DNA of 13,731 nt. It comes from Coleofasciculus chthonoplastes F2-STO-03 (GTDB lineage Bacteria > Cyanobacteriota > Cyanobacteriia > Cyanobacteriales > Coleofasciculaceae). The notes beneath the pieces are model-generated. The model saw only the letters and a list, made by a program, of their open reading frames with translations. It was not told the DNA's origin and searched no databases. The translations under genes and the position numbers were made by a program. How positions within the stretch are numbered: the stretch's first letter is position 1; each line of letters starts with the position of its first letter. Where the stretch lies: contig JAVJWO010000187.1 of assembly GCA_040222015.1 (NCBI GenBank), positions 1 through 13,731 of the forward strand, in the 5' to 3' direction. Shown piece after piece: positions 5,722-13,657 of this stretch.

Positions 5722-8055
5722 TTAATTCGTCATCGTCGCGAGAGAAACCACTGAATCGGGGAAGCGACGACTTAATACCGGTAACACCGGACAAGGCTTT
5801 TTCATTTGTAAGTTGTCTGAGGCTTGTCCACTAAAGGTATTCCAGCGAAAGGGTCCTTTTTGTGCCGCCGACATCCATAAGAGTCGTTTAGCGCGAGTCA
5901 TGGCGACGTATAATAAACGATATTCTTCGGCGGTTTTGAGTTGTCCGGCTTTCTCCCAGGCTTCTAAGGCGGTGGGTAGGGGGTGTTCGTGTAAGCTGGC
6001 GCGAATTTGCGCCCGGGCGACTTCAGCTAAAGTGAAATCACCTAAAAATTGGGCGGCGGTGGGTACCCAAGGATTACCGGGAATGGTGTCTTCGTGGAGA
6101 AAAGGGAGAAATACATAGTCCCAATCTAATCCCTTGGCTTTGTGCATCGTGATAATGGTGAGTTGACGACGACGTAGATAGCGAGAGTCGGCGTCTTCTG
6201 TTTCAACGGGTTCAAACCGTTCCGAGGAGACAATTTCACTTAAAGCGGCTAAGGTAGCAGGCATCGCACTACTACTATAGGTTTGTTTAACCACTCGTTC
6301 TGCTAATTTATCGGCTGTGGCGAGTTCGGATTGGTCGTACTGTAAGGTGAGGGCTAAAAAGGAAATAAGTTGGTAATGGGGTAATTCCAAACGCGCCCGT
6401 AATAGACTACGACAATATCTCGCCGCTTGACTGACTCCAGGGGTGGGATGGGGGTCAAGGGGTCCAGGATAGAGGAATTGTTCGGGATAGGTGGCGAGGG
6501 CGTTTAAGTCTTGGGTGGGAATCAGTTGGCGTTTAACCAGAACTTCTAATGCGCCTTTTAGGTAATCGGGAGAATGGGGACGGTCAATAAATTGCAATAA
6601 TGCCAGAATTTCAACGGGAATATGTGAATGGCGATCGCGCCCCTGTACATCATACACCTCAATCTCATGTTGGCGTTTGAGATAGTCGAGTTTCTGGGCG
6701 ATAAAATTCCCTTGGCGATTTTCCCGCACTAATACCGCCGCGTTATGTTCTCTGTTGCGGGTGAATAGGTCTATTACCCGTTGTCCCAACAATTCTACCG
6801 TTTGATAAATATCACTGGGGGTATAAATCTCTAACCCTTTCCCCTCTGGCTGGGGATTGGCGTCGGTTTGCGGGTCATCGGGGGGTACGGTAAGGATGGT
6901 TTGGGGGCGGAAAGGACGAGTGGATTCATCCTGGTTTTGCGTATAGGTTTGATTCACCCAATTTAAGATAAAATTAGCGGCATCAATAATAATCGGTGTA
7001 CTACGACCCGCTTGATCCATGGTAGCAAGGCGCTGCTGTTCCTGGCATTCGGTACAAAAGCGATTAAAATAAATGGGGTCAGCGGGAGTAAAGGTGGAGT
7101 TAATCGCTTGATTGGGGTCACCCACCCGGATTAAATTGAGGGGAGTGTAAGGATTAGTCGGATCAGTGGCTAGGGTTTGTAATAAGCGATATTGTAAGGG
7201 ACTCGAATCCTGTGCCTCGTCTTCAAATACAGCAAAGAATTGCCGTTGCCAGAGTTGACGCACGGTGTTATCCTCTAGCACTCGCAAGGCTGCCAGAATC
7301 ATATCATCATAATCAATAAAGTCTCGCGATCGCGTCACTCGTTGATATTGTTCGTATAATCCCGCCGCGATCGCTAATATGTCATAAGGGTCATTGGTTT
7401 GTTGACTGATTACCCATAAGTCTTCCGGTAATAGTCCCGAACTTTTGGCTTCGTGAATCACTGTATACGCCAAAGACGGTAGCACTTCGGTTCGCAATAC
7501 CGATTGTCGCCGCAATCGTTCCGTTTCTTCCCCATCAAAACTGACTCCTTCCAATAATAGGGAATAGCGGCGCGGATTCGAGGCAATCCACTGTTCCACA
7601 CAAGCGCGAATTAAGCGGTGACTTTGATTCGGGGTGACAACGGTTAGCGTATCTAAATTAATCCCGGATAAATCGGGATGGCGGTTGGCAATATTGAGGG
7701 CTAACCCGTGCAGTGTATACACCACAAAACTATTTTGGGGTAAGCGCAGGGGTTTAAGATAATCGCGAATTTTCGCCTTAATTGAAGCCGCTGCCGATCG
7801 CGTAAACGTCACCACCACTAATTGTCGTTTACCATGAAGTTGATAGCGTGCGATCGCAATTGCTGCTGCGACTGCCATTCCCGTAGACTTCCCTGCACCC
7901 GGTACCGCCGACACCGCCAGAGTTCCCCCCTGCCAATCTGCCATCGGTTGTTGTCCCTGGCGTAAGCTATTTCGCAGGGGCTGCAATTCCTGTTCCCTGA
8001 AGGCAGTTAGGGGCAGTTGTACGGTGTCTTGAGTCAGGTTGGGATGATCTGGCAT
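5722..8055 (-). CDS. ATP-dependent superfamily 1 DNA helicase, UvrD/Rep/PcrA-like
   Basis: Motifs I AVPGAGKS, Ia VVTFTRSAA, Ib TLHGLA, II FEDEAQDSS, III VGDPNQAI, IV GRST, V TMHKAKGLDWD and VI LLYVAMTRAKR. Confidence 0.95.
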   Translation of the reverse strand: MPDHPNLTQDTVQLPLTAFREQELQPLRNSLRQGQQPMADWQGGTLAVSAVPGAGKSTGMAVAAAIAIARYQLHGKRQLVVVTFTRSAAASIKAKIRDYLKPLRLPQNSFVVYTLHGLALNIANRHPDLSGINLDTLTVVTPNQSHRLIRACVEQWIASNPRRYSLLLEGVSFDGEETERLRRQSVLRTEVLPSLAYTVIHEAKSSGLLPEDLWVISQQTNDPYDILAIAAGLYEQYQRVTRSRDFIDYDDMILAALRVLEDNTVRQLWQRQFFAVFEDEAQDSSPLQYRLLQTLATDPTNPYTPLNLIRVGDPNQAINSTFTPADPIYFNRFCTECQEQQRLATMDQAGRSTPIIIDAANFILNWVNQTYTQNQDESTRPFRPQTILTVPPDDPQTDANPQPEGKGLEIYTPSDIYQTVELLGQRVIDLFTRNREHNAAVLVRENRQGNFIAQKLDYLKRQHEIEVYDVQGRDRHSHIPVEILALLQFIDRPHSPDYLKGALEVLVKRQLIPTQDLNALATYPEQFLYPGPLDPHPTPGVSQAARYCRSLLRARLELPHYQLISFLALTLQYDQSELATADKLAERVVKQTYSSSAMPATLAALSEIVSSERFEPVETEDADSRYLRRRQLTIITMHKAKGLDWDYVFLPFLHEDTIPGNPWVPTAAQFLGDFTLAEVARAQIRASLHEHPLPTALEAWEKAGQLKTAEEYRLLYVAMTRAKRLLWMSAAQKGPFRWNTFSGQASDNLQMKKPCPVLPVLSRRFPDSVVSLATMTN

Positions 8056-8176
8056 TTTTTCGGGAGAAAGGACGATAGATAATTATCGGATAGTTTCAAT
8101 CATGTATCTATGCATCTGTAGAGATTCAGAAAAATATTTGTGATCGGATCATCAGACATTGATTCTAGGTATTAGT

Positions 8177-8196
8177 AGCAAGATGCTCGCACTACA
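8177..8196 (-). repeat. Short GTAG-type palindromic repeat
   Basis: The reverse complement reads TGTAGTGCGAGCATCTTGCT, with an AGCA/TGCT stem. Confidence 0.55.
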
Positions 8197-8212
8197 AGTC
8201 AACTTAAGCCGT

Positions 8213-8332
8213 GGCGATTAAAATCGCGGCTAAACAAGCAAAGTTCGCCTGCGCGGACTAATAGAACCTGCGTTAGCGAAGCTTGCCGAAGGCTAGGCAG
8301 GTTTCGTTTGTCTAGCTGCGGTTTCAACCGCC
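8213..8332. repeat. Inverted pair of 47-nt two-hairpin units (REP/BIME- or MITE-like) with a nested 21-nt insertion
   Basis: 8213-8259 aligns without gaps to the reverse complement of 8265-8332 once 8274-8294 is removed. The stems show compensatory changes. Confidence 0.8.
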
Positions 8333-8418
8333 TAGCTTGTAAAATTATAGACTATTTTTATTAACCGGAAAATCTCCTGCTGATTTCCTGGGGACTTTAT
8401 CTTAATTTTAATCGCACC

Positions 8419-8439
8419 GTAGGGTGGACACTGCCCACC
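8419..8439 (+). repeat. GTAG-type REP-like palindrome
   Basis: GTAG followed by GGTGGACA-C-TGCCCACC, an imperfect stem. Confidence 0.7.
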
Positions 8440-8696
8440 CGCCTTATTTGGATGTTCTTCAGGTCATTTAGTCATTTAAAGGATAAGGATTGCTGAGTTC
8501 CGTTTTTCTTGACATTAAACTTAATATTAAATATCAGAAAAGGCTTTATGATAAAGAGGAGTCTTAATGAAGCATTTATTAGATAGGGTACACTGTATTA
8601 GAAAATGTTAACAAGCGTCAAATCCTTACTGTTCCCTGTTCCCTTGCCCTCACCCTCAACTTCAATTGTGTCCGACTACTGAGAAGGAGATTTTCG

Positions 8697-8930
8697 ATGA
8701 GCAAAAAAATGAACAACAAAACCAAAATTATCAAAGAAAGCTTTGGTAATCCTGACCAAGAGGGTTACTACAGTGGGGCTTATGTCTTCAGTGACGGCAC
8801 AGCCGAGTTTGTCTGTGGATACCAAGCTCCGATTGGCAAGAGCAACGGTAGCGAAGAATACTATAACGTAATGCCAGCAACCCCTCAACAGGTCTACGCT
8901 AAATATGGAAAATCCGAAGACAGTGCTTGA
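8697..8930 (+). CDS. Small hypothetical protein, 77 aa
   Basis: Strong SD (AAGGAG, 7-nt spacer) before the ATG, an AT-rich upstream region and non-repetitive protein sequence. Confidence 0.65.
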   Translation: MSKKMNNKTKIIKESFGNPDQEGYYSGAYVFSDGTAEFVCGYQAPIGKSNGSEEYYNVMPATPQQVYAKYGKSEDSA

Positions 8931-8983
8931 TTCGCCATCGATACGTTAAGATGGGACTCTCTTGTCCTGAATCGCCCAAAAAT

Positions 8984-9727
8984 CTAACCCAAAATGAGTA
9001 AACCAGCGTAGACAGTTGCACCCACAGCAAATGCCCAAAATCTACTTTGCCGTTCTTCTGGTAGTTCTTCTTTAATCACATTCAGGATAATTCCTCCACC
9101 TAGAAAAGCAAAAAGTACTGCTAAGGCGGCTGGAGAGATTTCCGTAGCTTGTCCAATCGCCCAACCACATAAAATTGCACCCGCTAAAACCCAGCGCCCT
9201 ACCCGATGATAGGCGTCTTGATGATGATACCGCAATCCATAGTCATTGACAAAAAAGTGCAACGCCATGGCGATAAAAAAGAATAAGAGACTCTCTACTC
9301 CCGGTTCCTCGCGATGAATCAGTAGATAACCAATTAACAGGTTATAAAGGGAAAACGAGCCAATATGTAACCAAAAGATTCCTTGAGAGAGGATACCGCT
9401 AAGTTTATGCTGATTTTGTCGGTATACTTTAACCAGATGTTCTAAGCCATAGAATACCGTTAATCCCAGAAGTGCGACTAAATAAACGTGGCTTTCCAAA
9501 AACGCGATCGCCAATCCTTCTGTCTGTTCAATGGTTCGTTGTCCCTGATTGAGTTCTGGCAATAAATGCACAAAAACATACGCCACCGACGCGCCCCCGG
9601 CGAATGATAACCACTGACTGCGAGGAATCACATCGAGAAAGCGCATTTGTCCACCAAATAGATGGACAATCGCCAGGAGTATGGCGAAGATTAATGCTAG
9701 CAGCGTGGTTAATGATACGTTCAACAC
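8984..9727 (-). CDS. Multi-pass membrane protein, ZIP (Zrt/Irt) metal-transporter-like
   Basis: About 8 hydrophobic segments. WLSFAGGASVAYVFVHLLPEL resembles ZIP TM2 (HLLPE), there are His residues in WLHIGSF and ALHFFVND, and GGIILNVIKEELPE resembles ZIP TM7. The start is uncertain: the frame is open to 9787, but residues 3-14 translate an STRR, so GTG 9727 was chosen. Confidence 0.7.
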   Translation of the reverse strand: MLNVSLTTLLALIFAILLAIVHLFGGQMRFLDVIPRSQWLSFAGGASVAYVFVHLLPELNQGQRTIEQTEGLAIAFLESHVYLVALLGLTVFYGLEHLVKVYRQNQHKLSGILSQGIFWLHIGSFSLYNLLIGYLLIHREEPGVESLLFFFIAMALHFFVNDYGLRYHHQDAYHRVGRWVLAGAILCGWAIGQATEISPAALAVLFAFLGGGIILNVIKEELPEERQSRFWAFAVGATVYAGLLILG

Positions 9728-9745
9728 TGAAGATGTTGCGATCGC

Positions 9746-9782
9746 AACAGGAAACAAGGAACAAGGAACAGGGAACAGGGAA
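9746..9782 (+). repeat. Heptamer STRR (AACARGR x5) abutting a HIP1 site
   Basis: AACAGGA AACAAGG AACAAGG AACAGGG AACAGGG directly after GCGATCGC (9738-9745). Confidence 0.85.
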
Positions 9783-9806
9783 TACACAATTTAAATGCAC
9801 CTCAGC

Positions 9807-11108
9807 TTACCCTTCTACTCTTTTACCCTGAACCTCTGGCAATTCCAACACAGTCACCTGCACTAAGGGAGTAACATTAAAATCCTGTTCTAATAAATGG
9901 GTTTGAATCGCTTGGGTTAACTGTGTCTGAATGGTTTCCGTAGAAGCCGTTACTTCCGGGTTACGCTGCACATAAACTACCGTCAGTAGCGTATTTTGCC
10001 CTTCGATTTTAGTCGGCGTAAACTGCACATTCGACTGCACCAGTTTTGCCAAATCACTCTCCTGCACCACCTGCTGAATTTCCGTTGAGGTACGCTGTTC
10101 GAGTGTGGTTCGCTGTAAAGTGGGTTCCTGCCAAAGTTGCGCGGTTAACAACCCTGCCATGATCACCGCCCCAATCCCTAATACGACTGGAAACAACCAC
10201 CGCTTTCCCCGGTTATAGCGAGCGCCCCTAGCGGAAAGCCCCACCAGACGGAAAACAATCGCGCCAGAAAAATTAATCCCGGCTAACTGAAGCACGAGGA
10301 GGAACAGACTATTAACCACCATATCCCATCGTGCGATCGCGGCTGCCATTCCCACTAATCCGGCGGCTGGGGCTAAGGAGGCGGCGACTAACACACCAAC
10401 GGCGGCTCCGGAAACTAGACTACTGCGTTCAGATTGGATGAGATTCAACGCGCCTGCTGTTCCGGCAATGAGGGGGAGGAGGATAGTAACCGATGATACC
10501 TTAAAACTCGCCATCATCAGACTGGTGGGTGCTTGCTGTTGCATAATCACACTCAAAATCCCCGCCACAACCACCGTCACGGCAATCCCTGCACCATAGC
10601 GGATGATACTACGCTTAAGTAAATATAAATCGCCTCGTGCCGTTGCGATCGCGGTATTCATAGCCGGTCCAGCAAAGGGTGCAATCAGCATCGCGGCGGT
10701 GAGTAGATAAATGGTATTGGTAAACAACCCAATCCAAACTACCACACCCGCACAAGCCGCATACCCCAGAAATCCCTTCCAAGAACCAACACTCTGCAAC
10801 CCCGCTAAAAATATCTCTAAGGGGCTGCGTAACTGCACCTCTTTCACTTGTTGTGGGGCTTCTGATGGGGGCGGTTTAAGGGGCATCATCCCCCGAGGCA
10901 CTAATGTCAGATGTAAATCAGGAAGTGTATCTAAGGCTTCTAAAAAGCTCTCTACCTGACGATTGGGAACATAAGTAATCACAAAATCTAGCTCTCCTTC
11001 GGTATCAGACGCCTCAAACCGCGCCAGATTCGTTCCCTGATGAGCTTTAGCCATATCGAGAACCTTATCTCCTTGTCCTCGCGGCACTTGAATTAAAAGT
11101 TGGCGCAC
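9807..11108 (-). CDS. DUF389 / TIGR00341-like integral membrane protein
   Basis: Soluble N-terminal domain (MRQLLIQVP), then a TM bundle with AAMLIAPFAGPAM and GAAVGVLVAASLAPAAG resembling DUF389 motifs, then a C-terminal soluble domain. GTG start with GGAGG SD. Confidence 0.85.
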   Translation of the reverse strand: MRQLLIQVPRGQGDKVLDMAKAHQGTNLARFEASDTEGELDFVITYVPNRQVESFLEALDTLPDLHLTLVPRGMMPLKPPPSEAPQQVKEVQLRSPLEIFLAGLQSVGSWKGFLGYAACAGVVVWIGLFTNTIYLLTAAMLIAPFAGPAMNTAIATARGDLYLLKRSIIRYGAGIAVTVVVAGILSVIMQQQAPTSLMMASFKVSSVTILLPLIAGTAGALNLIQSERSSLVSGAAVGVLVAASLAPAAGLVGMAAAIARWDMVVNSLFLLVLQLAGINFSGAIVFRLVGLSARGARYNRGKRWLFPVVLGIGAVIMAGLLTAQLWQEPTLQRTTLEQRTSTEIQQVVQESDLAKLVQSNVQFTPTKIEGQNTLLTVVYVQRNPEVTASTETIQTQLTQAIQTHLLEQDFNVTPLVQVTVLELPEVQGKRVEG

Positions 11109-11167
11109 CTCATCCTCCCATAGTTACCTGTCATTTAAGAGGAATGGCACGCTTAAGAGGAATATTG

Positions 11168-11318
11168 CTGACTTGTATAGCCAAAGACATGAATTTTCCT
11201 GTCGAAGCTCAAGTGAGCTAAAGCCTACTGGGTAAGTATTTAACTGACTTGTATAGCCAAGACATGAATTTCCCTGTCGAAGCTCAAGTGAGCTAAAGCC
11301 TACTGCGTAAGTATTTAA
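11168..11318 (+). repeat. Tandem duplication of 76/75 bp
   Basis: Copy 1 is 11168-11243 and copy 2 is 11244-11318; they differ by one indel and two substitutions. Confidence 0.95.
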
Positions 11319-11392
11319 CCCGTTTTAACGGGTTTGAGCTTTTAGCCCGTAGACGCAGAGCGGCTTCTCTTAGAGTACTTTAGTTCAGGGCT
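11280..11392. repeat. Multi-hairpin structured repeat with a nested 26-nt insertion
   Basis: AAGCTCAA(11280-11287)/TTGAGCTT(11334-11341) encloses AACCCGTTTTAACGGGTT. The terminal AGCCC...GGGCT stem is interrupted by 11352-11377. Confidence 0.7.
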
Positions 11393-11471
11393 GAATTTTA
11401 AGTCAGTGCCATTCCATTTAAGCGTGATACGCCGGATGCATTTTGACTTCCCTCATCGGAAAGATGTTAGG

Positions 11472-11606
11472 GCAGAGGAGCAGGGGGAGCAGGGGAAGCA
11501 GAGGGAGCTGGGGAAGCAGGGAAAGCAGAGGGAGCAGGGGGAGCAGGGGAAGCAGAGGGAGCAGGGGAAGCAGGGGAAGCAGAGGGAGCAGAGGGAGCAG
11601 AGGGAG
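11472..11606 (+). repeat. G-rich 9-nt tandem repeat (GCAGRGGRA), ~15 units
   Basis: Read unit by unit: one 8-nt unit plus 14 nine-nt units. Confidence 0.95.
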
Positions 11607-11636
11607 TTAACTCAAAGTTCTACCTTACCGATTCCC

Positions 11637-11711
11637 TGACGAATGACGAATGACAAATGACAAATGACAAATGACAAATGACGAATAACAAATGACAAAT
11701 GACAAATGACA
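11637..11711 (+). repeat. Heptamer STRR (TGACAAA/TGACGAA), ~10.7 units
   Basis: Directly visible tandem 7-mers. Confidence 0.95.
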
Positions 11712-11782
11712 TTTTTTCCGAAATAAGGCTGAAGGCATTGATATGAAAACTATAGCTTGCCCTTAAACAACCGATCGCACCT

Positions 11783-13195
11783 ATGCAACCTGAACACCCC
11801 TCCACAGAGCAGCTCATTTTGGAGAATGCCTGTCTGCGTCAGGAAATCGCCGCCCTGAAGCAGGAAAATGCGGATTTAGAAATTCTGCTGGAGACGACAA
11901 CGGAACATTCGGATACCGTTACCGCCCAGTTGCATAATCAGGCAATTCAAGCCGTACTCGATAGTGAAAAACGACTGTTGCAATTTCTGGAAGCCATGCC
12001 CGTGGGTGTGGCGGTATTGGATCATCAAGGATGTCTGTACTATATTAATCGTAAGGGAAAACAGTTAACCCGACATAGCATCCCCCTGGGAGTCAATGCT
12101 GAAAAATTAGCTAAACTTTATCACATTTATCGCAGCGGAACCAACCAACTTTATCCCTTTGATCAGTTACCGATTGTGCGAGCGCTTCAGGGTGAAACTT
12201 CCACGGCTGATGACCTAGAAATCCGCCACGGGGATCAGGTGATTCCCCTAGAACTTTGGGGAACACCGATATTTGATCAACAGGGGACTATTATTTTCGC
12301 GATCGCGGCGTTTCAAGACATCACCGAACGCAAAAAAGCCGAAGCCGAACGCATTCAGTTTACCACGGATCTGTTTGCCCTCAATCAAGCTCTATCCCGC
12401 TTTGTCCCCCGCCAATTCCTTCAATTGTTGGATAAAAATAGTATTGTCGATGTGCAACTGGGTGATCATGTACAAAAAGATATGTCGGTCTTATTTTCTG
12501 ACATTCGTAATTTTACCACCATTTCCGAGAAAATGAACCCGGACGATAATTTTAAGTTTATTAATTCCTATTTTAGTCGCATGGAATCAGCAATTATTGA
12601 TAACCGAGGGTTTATTGATAAATATATTGGCGATGCGATTATGGCACTCTTTAGTGGTAGTGCCGATGATGCACTTAAGGCGGGAATTACCATGTTGCAT
12701 CGGCTAGCTGAGTATAATAGTCATCGTACCAAAACTGGCTATGTGCCGATTCGCATTGGCATTGGGATTAATACCGGCTCGTTGATGTTGGGGACAGTAG
12801 GCGGTGCATCGCGCATGGATAGTACGGTGATTAGTGATGCTGTTAATTTAGCGTATCGGATGGAAGGATTAACCAAAGAGTATGGCGTACCGTTGTTAAT
12901 TTCTCACTACACATTTTGCCAGCTAAATAATGCCAATGACTATAGTTTTCGTGTGATTGATAGAGTTAAGGTTAAGGGAAAATCTAAGGCGGTGAGTGTT
13001 TATGAAGTTTTTGATGCCGATGAATCGGAAATGCAACAGGCTAAGTTAGTCACTAAAACTACCTTTGAACAAGCCCTGTTATTTTATAATCTGGGTAAGC
13101 TTGACGTAGCCGCCAGTCTGTTTGAACAGTGCTTGCGCCAAAACCCTGGAGATAGCGTGGCTCGAATTTATCAGTTACGCTGTTTAAATAGATAG
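11783..13195 (+). CDS. Class III adenylate/guanylate cyclase with N-terminal coiled coil, PAS/PAC domain and C-terminal TPR-like repeat
   Basis: PAS (FLEAMPVGVAVLD...FQDITERK). Cyclase motifs VLFSDIRNFT, IDKYIGDAIMALF, IGIGINTG and TVISDAVNLAYRMEG. The Lys and Thr specificity residues suggest a class IIIb adenylate cyclase. TPR-like tail (FEQCLRQNPGDSVARIY). Confidence 0.93.
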   Translation: MQPEHPSTEQLILENACLRQEIAALKQENADLEILLETTTEHSDTVTAQLHNQAIQAVLDSEKRLLQFLEAMPVGVAVLDHQGCLYYINRKGKQLTRHSIPLGVNAEKLAKLYHIYRSGTNQLYPFDQLPIVRALQGETSTADDLEIRHGDQVIPLELWGTPIFDQQGTIIFAIAAFQDITERKKAEAERIQFTTDLFALNQALSRFVPRQFLQLLDKNSIVDVQLGDHVQKDMSVLFSDIRNFTTISEKMNPDDNFKFINSYFSRMESAIIDNRGFIDKYIGDAIMALFSGSADDALKAGITMLHRLAEYNSHRTKTGYVPIRIGIGINTGSLMLGTVGGASRMDSTVISDAVNLAYRMEGLTKEYGVPLLISHYTFCQLNNANDYSFRVIDRVKVKGKSKAVSVYEVFDADESEMQQAKLVTKTTFEQALLFYNLGKLDVAASLFEQCLRQNPGDSVARIYQLRCLNR

Positions 13196-13213
13196 AAAGT
13201 GGGGTTTAAATAA

Positions 13214-13410
13214 AGGGTGTACGTCTATGCGCCCCTACGAATGGATATTGGGGGAATCCCAGATAATCATAACGTGCGATCGCGCCGCTTGTAGTAAGCG
13301 AACCTCAGCCGTAGATTCCGTTGGGTTGAGCGAAGTCGAAACCCAACCTAATGGCGTGGCACACCTTAATTAGTGCAACTGAAGAGATAGTAGTAAAACC
13401 CGCCCCTACA
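13214..13410. repeat. Cluster of degenerate GTAG-type REP-like elements
   Basis: GGGTGTACGTCTATGCGCCCCTAC (~13215-13238); GTTGGGTT...AACCCAAC stem (~13320-13347); lone AAACCCGCCCCTAC arm (13396-13409). Confidence 0.7.
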
Positions 13411-13587
13411 CATTTACGTGCAATACCTGACGCTTCAGGGCGTTAGGTTAAAATTATTATTGCCTTGAACAGTCAGATCGCTCCACTAGGTCAGTTGATA
13501 CAATTACGATTACGCGATCGCACTTGATAATTATCCCATATTTTTTCAATATTTAGGGTCTGTTGAATAAGTTTTGTGGTGGGGAGA

Positions 13588-13616
13588 GGCAACAGGCAAC
13601 AGGCAACAGGCAACAG
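13588..13616 (+). repeat. Heptamer STRR (GGCAACA x4)
   Basis: Directly visible tandem 7-mers. Confidence 0.9.
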
Positions 13617-13657
13617 TTTCAACCCTTTTAAACCAGAATGTACCAAAAAATAAATCC

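Larger units (their letters stand above)
514..13521. repeat. Dispersed HIP1 octamers (GCGATCGC), about 17 perfect copies
   Basis: Starts at approximately 514, 545, 877, 1478, 2192, 2264, 6631, 7326, 7367, 7850, 9504, 9738, 10333, 10645, 12299, 13276 and 13514 (manual count). Confidence 0.9.

Noticed and set aside
5249..8055. Gabija or another known helicase-based defence system
   Set aside because: No OLD/TOPRIM nuclease or other recognisable partner, and the helicase has host-like composition and HIP1 sites, consistent with a core cyanobacterial gene.
8509..8537. Sigma70 promoter with TTGACA -35
   Set aside because: The hexamer at 17-bp spacing is TATCAG, which lacks the conserved final T; too weak to call as a feature.
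8588..8601. NtcA box
   Set aside because: It reads GTA-N8-TAG rather than GTA-N8-TAC, with no other support.
9528..9831. ORFs 9528-9800 (-) and 9604-9831 (+), and the FPVPCSL N-terminus of the ZIP-like ORF
   Set aside because: They overlap a real gene and translate the heptamer repeat.
11168..11318. CRISPR mini-array
   Set aside because: The whole 76-bp unit is duplicated; there are no unique spacers and no cas genes.
11406..11817. ORFs 11406-11639 (EQGKQ repeats) and 11620-11817 (FVICHLS repeats)
   Set aside because: Pure translations of the 9-mer and 7-mer DNA repeats, with no coding support.
928..12536. Other short overlapping ORFs (928-1122, 5813-6118, 8676-8888, 10711-10959, 12273-12536)
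   Set aside because: Antisense or alternate-frame overlaps of better-supported genes, with no motifs.
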